Of a stretch of 64,000 nucleotides of DNA, positions 48,940-63,338 are shown piece by piece. The first letter of the stretch is position 1. Each line of letters starts with the position of its first letter. The DNA lies in contig NC_087437.1 in the NCBI RefSeq assembly GCF_036321535.1, positions 114,454,001 through 114,518,000 of the forward strand, given 5' to 3'. Source of the DNA: Camelus dromedarius. Taxonomy: Eukaryota. The notes below the pieces were generated by a model that was given only the letters and a program-made list of their open reading frames with translations, was not told the origin of the DNA and did not search any database. The position numbers were made by a program, and so were the translations under genes.

Positions 48940-50090
48940 ACTTGTGGGCATATCCCCACAGGAAGGGAAAGCAGAGATTCAGATACCTTCACATCCATGT
49001 GCACAGCAGCGTTATTCACAGAAGCCAAGAGCCAGAAACATCCCAAGTATCCACTGACTGACTAATAGATAAACAAAACATGGTATATACATGCAGCAGA
49101 ATATTATTCAGCCATAAAAAAGAAGGAAATCCTACCATTAAACTACAACATGGATGAACCTTAAGGACGTGTTGCTAAGTGAAATAAGCCAGACACAAAA
49201 GAACAAATACTACATGATTCCACTTACACGAGGCATCCAAAGGAGTCAAGCTCTAAGAAACAAAAAGTAGACTGGTGGGTCCCAGGGGCAGAGAGGAGAG
49301 GGAAAAGGGGAGGTGTGATTCACTGAATACAGAGTTGAAGGTTTGCAAGATAAATATGTTCTAGAAATCTGTTGCACAACACTGTGAATACAATCAAACA
49401 CTACTGACCACACATTTCAAAAACGGTTAAGATGGTAAATTTTATGTTTTTACCATAGTTTTTTTTAAAAAAAAGCAATGATGCAAAGTGAGTAAGTTCT
49501 GAAGATCTAACGTACAAACTGTGAACACAGCTAACAGTACTGTATGGTATTCCTGAAATTTTCTAAGAGGGTAGATCTCAAGTGTCCTCACCACCAAAAA
49601 AAAAAAAAAAAAAGGTAAACTATGTGGGTGGATATGTTAATTAGCTTGATTGTGGTGAATCTTTCATAATGCATATCGAATTATCAAGTTGTACACCTTA
49701 CATATACACAATATTTGATTGTCAATGGTCCCTCCATTAAGCAGGGGGAGCAGTGAAGTAATAACACACAGTATAATAGATGATCCTCAAAAACATTGTG
49801 CTAAGTGAAATAAACCAGACACAATAGGACAGATGGCGTATGTTTCCACTTCCATGAAATATCTAGAATAGGCAAATTACAGAGACATAAAGTAGATTAA
49901 AGGTTACTGGGCGCTGGAGGGGGAGGGGAGAACAGAGAGTTACTGTTTAATGGGTGCAGAACTTCTGTTTGGGGTGATAGGAAAGTCCTGGAAATAATGT
50001 GCTCAATGTCACTGAACTATACACTTAAAAATGGTTAAATGGCCAGTTCTATGTTATACCTATTTAAGCATAATTTTTTTTTAAGTCTGC
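48940..50090 (+). mobile_element. Cluster of nested L1MA/L1MB 3' ends
   Basis: Repeated L1 3' UTR motifs (GCTAAGTGAAATAA(G/A)CCAGACACAA twice; A tails at about 49470 and 49610). Confidence 0.85.
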
Positions 50091-52419
50091 ATTTAGAAAA
50101 AAAAATTATTTACAAAAATAGGGGCTGGCTGACACCTGATCTAGAGTTTTCTGTAACACGTGTTCTGTAACATGTGTGTGTTGTTACTCCAGAATCATCT
50201 GGGCGTAGTAGATACGAGGTGGTTAAGAACCTCCTGCGAGCTCTGCAGCCCTGGGTCAGTGAGTTGTGCCATTTCCTGATACGTATTTACATACACACAT
50301 GGGGAACATGGAGAAAGCCACATTTATTTACGTTGGGTTGTGTGACCTTCAAAGGCCTCCAAACTATGTATTTACACTATGCTTCGTACCTAAGAAGGTA
50401 ACGCTTCATACACTGTGAAGACTTACGGTTCGGGAGACCCATCATCATTCATTTCCTGGCCCTCCAACGTGTCCTTTCCCCTCTCTGGGACTCAGTTTGA
50501 TCAGACGGTTCTAATTTGCTGGTTACACAATGTCCTGCCCCGGAAAAGCCTGTAGCTTCCAAAGGAGCCGGAGTGAGCGGGCTCCCACCACCCCGTGGAC
50601 GACTGCCACCACCCTCAGGCATATTTTCATCCAGCAGGATAAACATCCAAGTAGAAAGAGACATGAAACACGAAGCTTGAAGTCATAACTCAATGTGTAA
50701 CAACCTGTAAACCGGCGCAGGCTTATTAGAAGGCTAATAAAAATAAATCATGGTCGTGTCTTTAAAAAGACTTCGCATGTGTTGTGGTTCCTTCTCTGGC
50801 GTACTGCAAATTAACTGTGGAGTGCTACTTCCTGTTGGGGTTTTTTTCCCCTCAAATATAAAGGGTTATAAGGCTAAAGAATGCAGACATGCATCATGTC
50901 TTCAGAAATCATTTTAAAAAAAGATCAAATGTAATATTTTCTTTCAACGTGGACAACTGCTTTGAGATTTTCCATTCAAGCAGCCTTGAACACAGCCTCC
51001 AGCGTTTGCCAATTACTCCTGACAAATACCATTTGGGCCTGAGTGATGTTGTAAGTGAAATAAAACAGTGGGAGGAAAAAAACCAGAACATGATAAAAGG
51101 CATTTTTTTTGGTCTGCTGAGAACTTACTGTAAGTTATACATTCATGAGGGAAGGCCTCGCTTCCTGCCAGTGACGGGTCCCCTGTGACGGACAGTTCTA
51201 AGGTGACTTTTGTTTGACAGTAATAGGAAGAGAAGACAAAACTCAGTTTTCATGTCCCTTCAAAGGGAGTCAGCTCTTTTTTTCTCTCACAAAGAAAAAT
51301 ATGTCTATAAACAAAGGAAGGGACACCAGGCGCTGTTACCAACCCCCCTTCCAATTCCCCATAACGAGAGCTAACGGGGGAGAGCAGAGCCGTGGAACCG
51401 GCCTGGCCCAAAGCTACCGGCCGCCCCGGCTGGCTCGGATCTGCGCGCGGAGCATGTCAGAACCTGCAGGGAACCGAAGCCACAGGAAAGCGAAGGCACA
51501 GCCAGTTCCGAGGGCAGTTGCCTCGTCCTCCCCTTGCCGGATCCCGCCTGAAATTTCCTCCTCTTCTGAAGTCTTCCTGTCCCAGAACCCACGGATGGCC
51601 TAAGACGAGCGAAGTCTGTCCTCACCCCGACCGCCCCCGTCTTCAAGACTCCAGGGAAATGCATCACTACCCTCGACCTTAGTGTCATAGGGAATCAGAA
51701 CACGGCTCATGGAAGTGGCCAGAAAGAAGCTGTGCGGGCATAAAGCCTACCAGGACTGTGTGCAGCCCTGTCTCTCCTCGAGCGTGAAGGGGACTTCGCC
51801 TCCTGGCCCCCTGACCTGAGCCATCCCCACGTATCAGGAGGAGGAGAGTGCACGGCGGGGATGAAACCGAGTCAGGGACCGTGCTGGCCCCTAGAAAGCA
51901 CGCAGGCCCCGGAACTGCTAAGTAAACACGTGGCCCAGTCCGAAAGCCCCCGGACTCTTCAAGTCAAGGCCCACCAGCCCCCAGGCACCTGCAGTGGACT
52001 AGTGAATCCATAACCACATCGCTACACTGGGATCTGTTTTGTCCCCATGAACGTGAACCTCAGAAGTGTGTGCTAGGGAGACCGGGGTTCCACAGCCTAC
52101 TGCCCAGCAGCGCCCAGCACAGGGTGTGGGTGAGGAGCGAGGTGGCTTCTGGCAGGCAACCTCCCCTGGCACTTCAGAGATATTGGGGAACAGCCATCCC
52201 CCAAAGTACGAGGGGCAAAACTATGATACTCGCTGAGAAACTGGCCACGGGGGTCCTCCCAGCAGAGCCCCGGGGCCCCGCCTCACTCTCTGTAGGTGAG
52301 TGGCTCCAACGGCATCCTCGTGTTAAGGACAGCTGTCCCCCAACAGTGCTAAATGGCTTGCTGATGGTCAGACTGACTGGTCCAGGAGGCTGGTAATTCT
52401 TTACCAAAATGGTTTGATC

Positions 52420-52558
52420 CCTAGAGCCAGCCCCACTTCTGAGGCACTGCTTCTCCCGCAGGCCCAGGGTAGGGCCTGTGAATCTGCATTTCTCACAAGC
52501 TCCTGGGCGCTGCTGATGCTGTAGGTCTGCAGATCAGCCTTTATGAAGCAGGGTTCTA
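52420..52558. mobile_element. MER5A-like MITE
   Basis: GGGCCTGTGAATCTGCATTTCTCACAAGCTCCTGGGCGCTGCTGATGCTG. Confidence 0.65.
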
Positions 52559-54639
52559 AGGCAAGTGACCCTAATAAAAGATGCTGACAGTGCTTGTTTA
52601 GTTTCCTAAGGGATATTTTTGGTGGCAGTGGCCTCTCCCACAGACTCCCGCCACTAGGAAACTATAAAAGAAAGACGATGGATTCTAATGGCTGCCCACT
52701 ACCAATATTTTGCACTTACTGGTATCAGAAGCCCTGCCTTCTAAATATAGAGACAGAATATTTCCTCTTTGACACAATTTTTGCTGATGGCTGTGTCCAT
52801 GTGAGCCATGGCTCCCAAACTAGGCTGCGGGGTGGCTCCCTGGCCTGAATATTGAACCACAACAAGTCACAAATAGCTCATTATCCCAGCCTGAATACTC
52901 TTAAGCAGGATCTGTGCCCCAAACAGCCAGCCACCAGCAGTCAGGTAACTCCATGCACTTTTCTCTACTCTTCCAATTAAGGGGGAAAACATCGGTACCC
53001 TAGTACCCGCCCCAGCCAGGTCTCCCCGGCGTGCTCTAGCTGAGGTACCAAAAAGAAAACAAACACCCACTCAGGGCAATGCTGGACTGTGTATAAATAG
53101 CAAGAGGTGTGGAAGGAGGAGAGAGTGAGAAGGGAGAAACCATTACAGGAGCTCCCAGATCTGCAAGCTGAATTAGGCTTGATCGAAGGACAGGTAACAG
53201 AGGCAGCGGGCAAGTCCAGCGGACCAAAGAAATGATTTCAAACGCGGCCCCCCGCGCAGCCCCTATGCCATGTTGTGCTGGGTCACCTTCCTTCCCCAGG
53301 CGCTGGGTTCTGGAGCCTGTCAGTCACCTGCAGACAGAGCAGTCCAGGGACACCCTGGCATTGTTTTCACTCTACCCTGAAGCTCCATCCTCAGACCAAA
53401 CACACGCCTCTGACAACAGACAGGCAGCCCTCCTGTCGGTGGGGAGAAATGGCGCCTTTCCAGCTCGCCACACATGGTACCACTGTCTAATTCTACACAC
53501 GTCTGGCAGAAGAGGGGTCGCAGGAGTGGACCCCTTTCTTTGTGTGGGTGGTCAATTTAAACTCCTTTAAGCGACCCTTGCTCTGTCTGCCTGCATGTCA
53601 GGGCTTGTCTACCTGCTACCAAGGATGATAGAAATTAAAACCTGCTACCTGGTGTGAAAAATTCTTTCCTTCTCAAAACAAAGTGCTAAATAGCACATCT
53701 ATTCATCGCTTGTCTGTAGGCAGAGACCAGGCAGTTTCGGCAGCTTATCACCCACCGCCTCCTCTCTCCTCCACCTCTGAGCTCATCACACCTGGCCAGG
53801 CCTGGTCTCGGGCAGCCATCACCTTGAACTAATGTTTACCTACCTGCCTATGTTTCTCACCCAAGGAGATCCAACGGCCCACAAGAGAATATCAACTCTG
53901 CATTTTATGCCAGTAGCAGTACACGGAGTTCTTTTTGCCTTGTCTGGGTCCTACTAACATCTGAAAAAAACGACACTCTTGCCTCATTTTGGCTGTATGT
54001 GGGTGACCGGACTCAGCATTCTCAGCTCAGCGGTCCTCTTACACCACCTAGTGTACAAAGATGGAAGTGTCTCAAGTTCACTGCAAAGTACCACAGATCA
54101 AAAGACCCATCTTGTATTTTTCAGGCACCCACCATAATCCTTACAGGTGTAGCTTGTTTTCAAAGCAGCTGCATGAAAAGAACTAAAATGTATTAAGCAC
54201 CTGTTGTGGTCTGGCCACTTATATTTAACTGTACTAGTTGAACCGAATGTTAAAGCATTTATGCTTTGGATTAATCTCTACTCGACATGGATTGCTACTA
54301 TTTTTTTAATTACTTAGGTAGCATAAGCTTATGTAAAGGTATAGCAGTTGGAACTCTCTACCCTGCCTCCCAAAACTGTTGTAACTGTAGGCTTGAAAAT
54401 CCAGAATGTTCCAGCTGGGAGAAGTTAAAGGGGCTTATTCCTACAGCCCAGAGACTCAGAAAGGGAACTTTGGGGAACATCAAAGTCACCTGGGAACTTT
54501 AGGACCACCAGGTTCTTGGCACACCCAAGACCAATTAAATCAGGCCCTCTGGGGTGAGACTCTGGCATCAGTAGTTCTTAAAGCTCTGCAGGTGAGAGGG
54601 AGGTGACATCAGCCAGCAGAGGGCTAAGAGGTCCCAGAG

Positions 54640-57600
54640 TTCATCTCACAAAAACAAAAAACAACTACAAACCAACAAAAACAGCCCAGGGAAAGCGCTG
54701 GACTACAATGAACCTGCAAAAACCCTGCAGAGCTCAAAAACCGAGGATGGCCATGCAGAAAAGTACAGGAAACATTCCACCTGTGTCACCCATCCTCAAG
54801 TCAAGAGTGGCTGTGTGCCAGGGACATCCCTTCAGGGGAATTTCACCTTCCGGAGGAAAGGAAACAGGAGAACCCCAGCAAGCCTCACTCCTGTGGATGT
54901 CTGCAGCCTCTGCTGCTACGGTCTCCCCCAGTCTACACCAGTGCTGATCCAGCTGACGGAGCTGCCCCGAGTACCCACCACTGCGTCCACTCCACAGGGG
55001 CCCCATTCACTGCTGAGCCCCACTGTCTGGGATCAGGACCTCACAGTGCATCATCATATACAAGATGGGCGCCCCCACTGCCCTGAGCCCCGCCCTCTGG
55101 GTCCCAGGTCTCACTGTGACCACTACCAGTACCACACTGCTACTGCCCTGATCCCCACCCCCATGACCCAGGTCATCACTCTGAACCATCACTTCCAAGC
55201 CACACTACCAATGCTCTGAGCCCTGCCCCTGGGTCCCAGGTCAAAACTCTTAACTGTCATTGCTCAAGGAACTACCACTGCCCTAAGCCTTGCTGCCCAG
55301 ATCCTAACACAGGGTTTTAATAGGCCGTGTCAAGGACGTGTTGCCGCTGTCCTACAACTGCCCACTGGGGCCAAAGCTGGGACTTCAACCCACATCCACA
55401 GGCCGTGCTGCTACTGCACCCTGTCCCCTGAGCCCTGGGACCAAGCCACAGCTGCACTTTGTCATCCCAAGGCCTGTGCCACTGTTCTGTCACCCCCCAC
55501 CCCCGGCCAGAGTCACTGTGGCAAGACTCAGAGAGCCAGACTTGGTTCCACAGGTGATGTGCACCTGTCTACACCTTAGACACCAGGGCCACTGCCTCAG
55601 CAAGTGGTCCCAGGATGCCAGCTCTGCACGCCACACCACAGCCAAGAGGGATCCCATTAGCTAGAACTTCCTCCCATGGGAAAAAACTGAACAGCAGTCT
55701 CCTGCAACCTTCACCTTCAAGGCTCCCAAGGCCTTGGCTGCCACTGCTGCCCGCAGGACCTCTGCAGTCTTGGCCACAGAAGACCCTGCAGTCTGCACCT
55801 ACAGTGACCTCAGCTGGCAGAGCTGCATGGAGACTGTGCTGCTGTGCCTTCCAAGAATGAAAGACACCGCATCCCACCGGGCTAACACCTTTGCAGCCAC
55901 CTTTAGGTGGAAGTCTTTCCCACTGATAGGTGAATGCACCCTGAAATGCATGGACATCAATGCAAAGCCATCGGAAACATGACACCACCAAAGGAACATA
56001 ACTTTCCAGTAACCAATCCCAAAGAAATGGAGATTTGTGAGTTACCTAAAAAGAAATTCAAAACAATTATTTTAGGAAGCTCAGCAAGATTTAAGAGAAC
56101 ATAACTTAGGGAACTCAGGAAAACAACACATGAACAAAATAAGAAGTTCAACAAAGAGGCAGAATCATTAAAAAAAAAATAGAAATTCTGAAGCTGAAAA
56201 CTACAATGAATGAAATGAAAAAGACAATAGAAAGCTTCAACATGAGGCTCAATCAGGCAGAAGAAAGAATCTATGAACTCAAAGACAGATTTCTTCATAT
56301 TATCCAGACAGGGGAGAAAAAAAAGTTAGATCGAAAAAGAGTGAAGAAAACCTATAGGAATTGTGGGATGCCATCAAGCAAAACAATGCCTGCATTATGG
56401 ATGTCCCAGAAAAAGAAGAGAGGGAAAAAGGGACAGAAAACATATTTAAAGAAATAATAGCTGAAAACTTCCCAATGGATAAATGGATAAATTCCTAGAA
56501 ACACAACTTACCAAGAATGAATCATAAACTAATAGAAAATCTGAACAGACCAATAATGAGCAAGATTAAACAGGTAATCAAAATCTCCAAACAAATAGAA
56601 GCCCAAGAGCAGATGACTTCACGGGTGAATTTTACCAAACATTTAATGAAAAATTAATACCAATCCTTTGCAAACTCTTCTAAAAATTGAATAGCAAGGA
56701 AAACTTCCAAACTCATTTTACAAGACCAGCATTACCCATATACCAAAACCAGACAAGGACACTACAAGGAAAAAAAATTACAGGTCAATCAAGAGAGAAT
56801 AAACACCGATGCAAAAATCCTCAACAAGATACTAGCAAACTGAATTCAAGAACACATTAACATGATGACACGCCATGATTAAGTGGGATACATCCTTGGG
56901 GTACAAGGATAGTTGAACATATGAAATCAATAAATGTGATATATCACATTAACAGAATGAAGGATAAGAATCATATGATCATTTCAAATAGATGCAGAAA
57001 AAGCACTTAACAAAATTTAACATCCTTTCATGATAAAAACTCTCAACAAGTCAAGTATAGAAGAAATGATCCTCAGCAAAATAAAGGCCATATATGAAAA
57101 GCCCACAGCTACATCATACTCAATGGTGAAGTGCAAAAGCCTTTTCCTAAGATCAGGAACAAGACAAGGATGCCTACTCTCGCCATTTCTATTTAGCATA
57201 GTACTGGAAGTTGTAGTCTTAGCAATTAGGCAAGAAAAAGACATAAAAGGCATCCAAAACAGAAAGAAAGAAGTAAAATTATCTGCTTGCAGATGGCATA
57301 ATATTATACATAGAAAACCCTAAAGACTCACCAAAAATCTGTTAGAACTAATAAATTCAGTAAAGTTGCAAGTTCAAAATCAACATGCAGAAATCAGTTG
57401 CACTTCCATACACTAATAACAAACTATCTAGAAGACAAGTTAAGAAAGCAATCCTATTTATAATAGCACCAGAAACAATAAAGTACTTAGGAATAAATTA
57501 ACCAAGGAGGAGAGGTCAAAGACCTATACAATGAAAACTATAAGACATTGTTGAAAGAGATTGAAGAAGACAAAAATAAACAGAAACATATTCCATGTTC

Positions 57601-59321
57601 ATGGATTAGAAGAATTAATATTGTGAAAATGTTCATACTACCCAAAGTGATCTACAGAGTCAATGCAATTCCTATCATAATCCTAATGACATTTTTCACA
57701 GAAATAAAAAAAAAAATTCCTAATATTTGTATGGAACCACAAAAGACCCTGAATAGCCACAATAATCATGAGAAAGAACAAAGTTGAAGGTATCACACTT
57801 CCTGATTTCAAACTATATTCAAAGCAATAGTAATCCAAAAAGTATGGTACTGTCATAAAAAAAAAAAGTCTCATGGACCAATGGAACAGATCAGAGAGAC
57901 CAGGCATAAACCCACCCATATACACTCAACTAATAAATGGTGCTGAGAAAACTGGGCATCTACATGCAAAAGAATGAAACTGGACCTCTATCTCACACCA
58001 CATACAAAAAATAACTCAAAAGGATCTAAGACTTAAATGTAAGACCTGAAACTATAAAATTTCTAGGGGGAAAGACCTTTGACATTGGTCTTGGCAGTAA
58101 TTTCTTGGATAAGATGTCAAAAGTACAGGCAACAAAAACTGAAATAAACAAGTGGGACTGCATCAAACTAAGGCTTCTGCACAGCAAAGGAAAACAAGCA
58201 ATAAATTTAATCCAACCTATAGGATGGAAGAAAATATTCACAAAACATATATCTGATAAGGAGTTAATATCCAAACTATACAAAGAACTCACACAACTCA
58301 ACAGCAAAAAAGCAAATAATCCAATTTTAAAACGGGCAAAGGACCTGAATAGACATGTTTCCAAAGAAAACATACAAAAAGTATATGAAAAGGTACTCAA
58401 CATCACTAATCATCAGGGAAATGCAAATTAAAGACACCTCTCACCTATTAGGATGGCCATTATCAAAAAGACAAAAGATAACAAGTGTTGATCGTGTGGA
58501 GAAAAAGGAACCCTTATACACTGTTGGTGGGAATGTAAACTGGCACGGCCATTATGGAAAACAGTATGGCAGTTCCTCAAAAAATTGAAAATTTAACTAT
58601 CATATGATCCAGTAATCCCACTCCTGGGTTATATCTGAAGGAACTAAAATCAGCATCTCAAAGAAACAGCCATACACCCATGTTCACCGCAGCACCATTC
58701 CCAATAGCCAAAAAGTGGAAACAACCTAAAATGTCCTTCAACAGATGAATGAATAAAGATGTGGCACATATATACAATGGACTATTACTCAGGCATAAAA
58801 AAGAATTACTCAGACATAAAAAAGAAGGAAATCCTGTCATTTGCAACAACATGGGTGAATGTGTAGGGCATTTTGCTGAGAGAGAAGCCAGACTGAGAAA
58901 GACAAATACTGTATAATTTCACTTATACTGTACAATTTTAAAAAGCCCATTTCATAGAAAGAGAGAACAGAATGGTGGTTGCTGGGGCTGGAGGGAGGGG
59001 AAGATGTCAGCCAAAGAGTATAAATTTTCAGTTATCAGAAGAGTAAGTTCTGCAGATCTAATTAACGCACAACATGGTGACCAGTGAACACGGTATTGTG
59101 TACTTGAAAGTTGCTGAGAGAAACCCTTATGCATTCCCACCACACACACACACACACACACACACGAGTCAACTATGTTAAATTGATGAGGTAATGGATG
59201 TGTTCATTATCGTGATCTCCGTAATCATTCTACAATGTGCATATCTATCAAATCATGTTGTACACTTTAAATATATACAATTACGTTTGCTGATTATTCC
59301 TCAGTAAATTTTAAAAAAAAA
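54640..59321 (+). mobile_element. Long L1 (L1MA9/L1M2-like): GC-rich 5' UTR, partial ORF1, internally deleted ORF2, 3' UTR
   Basis: ORF1-like NEMKKTIESFNMRLNQAEERIYELKD (56206-), RT motif SGTRQGCLLSPFLFSIVLEVV (57030-57323), [21 protein letters not shown]; many stops; A tail at about 59313-59321. Confidence 0.9.
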
Positions 59322-60069
59322 GTAGCTCCACATGGGATTCCAACAGCTAAGGCTGGGAGGTGAAGGTGCTCCCACCTTCACTGTCTGAGTTTCAGGAGGC
59401 CCGTCACTCAGTGCAGTGGGTCCCAGAGGCAACCTGAGAATCAGAGGTCTGTGCTGCCCACCTCTTCACACCCTCTACTTGTCCTGAATGCCCTTTTCTC
59501 CTAATCAGCTCAGAGTCTCCCTTTGTGAAAAGGGCAGAGTGAGAACTGCAATTGTTAACTGTCCTAGAAACTGCTAGGTAGACGCCATGCAGTCCTAGGT
59601 TTGGGCTCTCGGTCTGGCTCCAGGCACCAGAAGGCTTCCAAATGCTCAGGGCCAGAGCTGCATGGCTGGGCAGGGACCCTGGGGATAACGGGAGGGCCAG
59701 AGATCGCCCGGGGACAAATTCCTCAGGACGGGAGATGCCTGCCTTGCGTGATCGCCCTCCTCTTCCTGCCCCTCTAACAACATCTGCTGCTCTTTATGGG
59801 ATGTGGGTCTTCACGGTGACTGGGAGGGGCTGGAAAACTGAACTTTGACCATAAAAGGTGAGGCTGGAGGGAGAAGGCTTGGCCCCCAGGGACTTCTGGG
59901 CAGGCCTTCTTTCTTCCCAAAGCTCAGCGCTGCCTGGTTCCTTGTGGCCAGGGAGGTCGCCCATTATAACACAAAAACAAGACAAAACCAAACTGCTCTG
60001 AGGTGACCCAGCCCCACCCTGGACCCTAGGCTGCCCATCTTTGGAGGCAGGAATAGGTATAACTGACAA

Positions 60070-60200
60070 GTGGTAGACTTGAACTCAGACACTCCTGGGG
60101 TCAAATCCCAACCGTACGATGTGAGACACGTCACCTGGCCCCTCTGTGCCTCAGTTTCTTCGTCTCTAGTAAGAGACGTAATACCGCCTTTCACTCCAAC
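60070..60200 (+). mobile_element. MIR
   Basis: CCTGGGGTCAAATCCCA..CTCTGTGCCTCAGTTTCTTCGTCT. Confidence 0.65.
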
Positions 60201-60772
60201 CCTCTGATGCTGCACATATTCAAAGGCCCACAGTCAGAATCGCATGATCTAGGGTCAGGTCTGCCTAACACTTCACCTCAAGAGCCCGTGAAACAACCAT
60301 TAAATGCCTGGGACCAGGGGCAGCAGTGGGGGCTCAGGCCCTCCCTTGGCATGGTCAGTGGTTTGCAGACAGCGAGCCCTGAAACCACCCAGGGGTTCAC
60401 TGCAAATGTACATTCCTGGACCTACCCCTCCACCGGAGAGTCTGATTTAGTGGGTCTGGGCTGGGCTCCTACAACCCGGCCATTTCTGACGCCAGAGGGA
60501 GGGGACCCCGTTTGGCAAACATGCTCTTGATAAAGGCTCCACCTGCCTGTGACCCAGGACAGCCCCCTCCTCAGCCCGCATCACTCCACGCTCACCTGTG
60601 GAAGACTCTGGGCCACGTTACTTCCCTCCTCTGAGCCTGCTTCCTTTTCTATAAATGTGGCTAATAACCCCCTTCCTCAGGGTCAACCTGAAGACAGGAT
60701 CCCTGGGCCCTGAGTCTGCTCCCCCACGTACCAAGGAGCCTTTTTTCCTGTCAAGAGCAGGCAGTGGTCGCA

Positions 60773-60787
60773 CCAGAAGGGGGCGCA
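60773..60787 (+). promoter_or_regulatory. Candidate CTCF site
   Basis: CCAGAAGGGGGCGCA, one mismatch to the core consensus; motif match only. Confidence 0.4.
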
Positions 60788-61244
60788 CTTAGACATAGCA
60801 GGACTCCAGGACCGCAGGACTCCAGGACCTCAGCCCTCCCTCCCAATGTTCTTCCAAGGGCGACCATTCCAGCTACAATTTGATTTGACACGGTCCTAAT
60901 CAGGTGAGGTCAGGTGCCCACCTAAGCCTGCCTGTCTTGCACAAACCCAGCCACAGGGGCAGGAACATTAGGAACGTGGGGCCCAGAGGATGACTGAGGT
61001 TTGAAGCCTCAGTGTGTGACCTCAGCAAGAACTCTACCTTTTCCACAGTTTTGTTTCCACATTTACAGAATCACTGATCCTTGTAAGGATTACACAAGGC
61101 GATACATGTAGCACGCGGGGCAGAGGGCCTAACGCTGCCAAGGCTTCCCCATCGTCCTCAGATCAACAAACTAGACCTGCCTGTGAACAAGTGTTGGCCA
61201 AGCATGGGAAGAGGGATATAATGCTCCAACAGGAACTAACCCTA

Positions 61245-61985
61245 CTTTTTTTTAAAATAGCTTTACTGAAATACAACTCACATGCCATACAATTTGCCCG
61301 TTTAAAGTGTCTCATTCGATGGGTTTCAGTATATTCACAGAGTTGTGCAACCATCACCACCATCCATTTGAGGACATTTTCATCACCCTCAAGAGAAACC
61401 CCCTCCGCCTTGGCCATCTCGGCCCAATCCCTTTAGCCCCCACCCCACCGCAGCTACTGACCAACCTTCCATCTCTACAGATTTGCCTGTTCTGAACGTT
61501 TCATGTAAATAAAATTCTATGTGGTCTTTGGTGACGATATTCTTTTATTTGGTGTAATGTTTTTAAGGTCCGCCCCTGTGCCGCGTGTCAGTACTTCGTC
61601 CCTGTCTACAGCTGAGTAATAGTCCATTTTACGGGGAGCCCACGTCGTTTATCCATTCATCCACTGGTGAACATTTGGGTTTGGGGCTGTTATGAATAAC
61701 GCTGCTACGAAGATTCAAGTTCACGTTTTTGTGTGGACATAAGTTTTCAGTTCTCTCAAGAATGAATCTAAAAGGGGAATTCTTGGGTCACAAAATAACT
61801 CTATGCTTATTAACCTTTTGAGGGGCCGCCGAACTGTTTTCCAAAGCAGCTGCACTGTTTTACTTTCCCACTGGCAGTGAATGAGGGGTCCGATTTCACC
61901 ATGTCCACAACGCCACCTCGTGCTACCCACCTCGTTTATTACTGCTGTCCTAGTGGGGCTGACGTGGTCACCTTCCATTTGTATT
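61245..61985 (-). mobile_element. L1MB-like 3' end
   Basis: TTTAAAATAGCTTTACTGAAATACAACTCACATGCCATACAAT..CACAGAGTTGTGCAACCATCACCAC; minus peptide IHCQWESK..QLLWKTV..DPRIPLL. Confidence 0.9.
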
Positions 61986-63338
61986 GAATTTTTTATTTTG
62001 GGGAGCATTGTTTTGAAATTTACTCATAGCCTAATGTTAAAACTACATGGAAGAAAATAAAATTAAGTAAGAAAATATCCCCTCAAGGAAAGGTTACAAC
62101 AGAATGACAGAGACAGAGAAGTGCCCCCTGCAAGGCGGGAGGGAAGAGCCCCCGAGCGAGCAGACGGCACTGTTGTACGTGGGACACTGCAGTGTTGCCT
62201 GTGGTACCATGACACTGGGGTCTGCGGCACCTGGCAGGGATGGAGCAAAGGACATCAGGCCTGCTTCTTCCCTCCTAATCTTCCTGCTCCCTTTAATTCA
62301 CACATGACTTCCTGGATCTGTAAAGCAAAGCTCTTTTCCAAGTAAACCAACATGGCGACATCCGTAACAAAGCTCCACATTCAAATGTCAGCCAACAAAT
62401 GAAAATAGGTTTGTTATTCTTTCTCCTCAGGACAAACTCTACTGCCCAGCACTAATCTATCACCCAAAATGTAGCTGCTGTTGACCAGCTGAGGAGCTAA
62501 AATAAATTCCCCATTTCTGTCCCCCACTGGCCCCTCTAAGAGGGTGTCCAGGTGCTTCAGTGAAAGCCATGTTCACAAAAGTACAGCTCTGCTTTTCTAA
62601 AAGGTTATTATCAGTCTCCACCTTCAGGCAGAGGCACTTAAAGTGCCCCCGTCTGAGGACGGCCTCCTCTATTTTTAGCTTGAAAGATTCGAGGAATGCC
62701 TCAAATTATCCCTAACTTCTTGCTGTCTGTTCCCTCAGGCCAACTCAGCAGCTGGAGGTTTACCACCCACAAACTCCGGAAGCAGATACCAGCAAGGTGG
62801 ATGTGTTAGGAGTCTCAGACAAGCCCAAGGCCTCGTAAAGAGAAACCAAAACACAGGAAGAAGGAGAAAAATGGCAATGGGGGCGGGGCGGTGGGTCAGA
62901 GAGGGGAGCAAGCAGTCCTGCTGGTAAAAGGCCTCGCAGGCTGCCCCGCTGCGTGGGCGGACACGGGCTGCTGGCCCTCGCAATCGTGCGCAAGGACAGG
63001 CCAAGGGAGGTGGTGTGTGGCCTGACTGGGGTTTACCCTGAGGGCCAGCTTGTCAACCCACACGTTTCTTGCAAAGAGTCTGAATGCATACATACACCAA
63101 GCACTGCCTGCAAACTGAAAGTCTTACACCGCTGTTTTCAAATAAGCCTGGATCGGTTGTGGATGATGAAACGCTTCTCATCTTGAGTAGTTCCTTTCTG
63201 ACACTGACCACTTTTTCTAATCCCAGATGACTGAAGTACAACGATTACCACGTGGGTCTGCGAAGTTTTTCGTGTTAAGGCAGGGCTTTACTTTGGAAAG
63301 GTGTAAATCACCATCAAGTAGAAATTAACATGTTTAGG

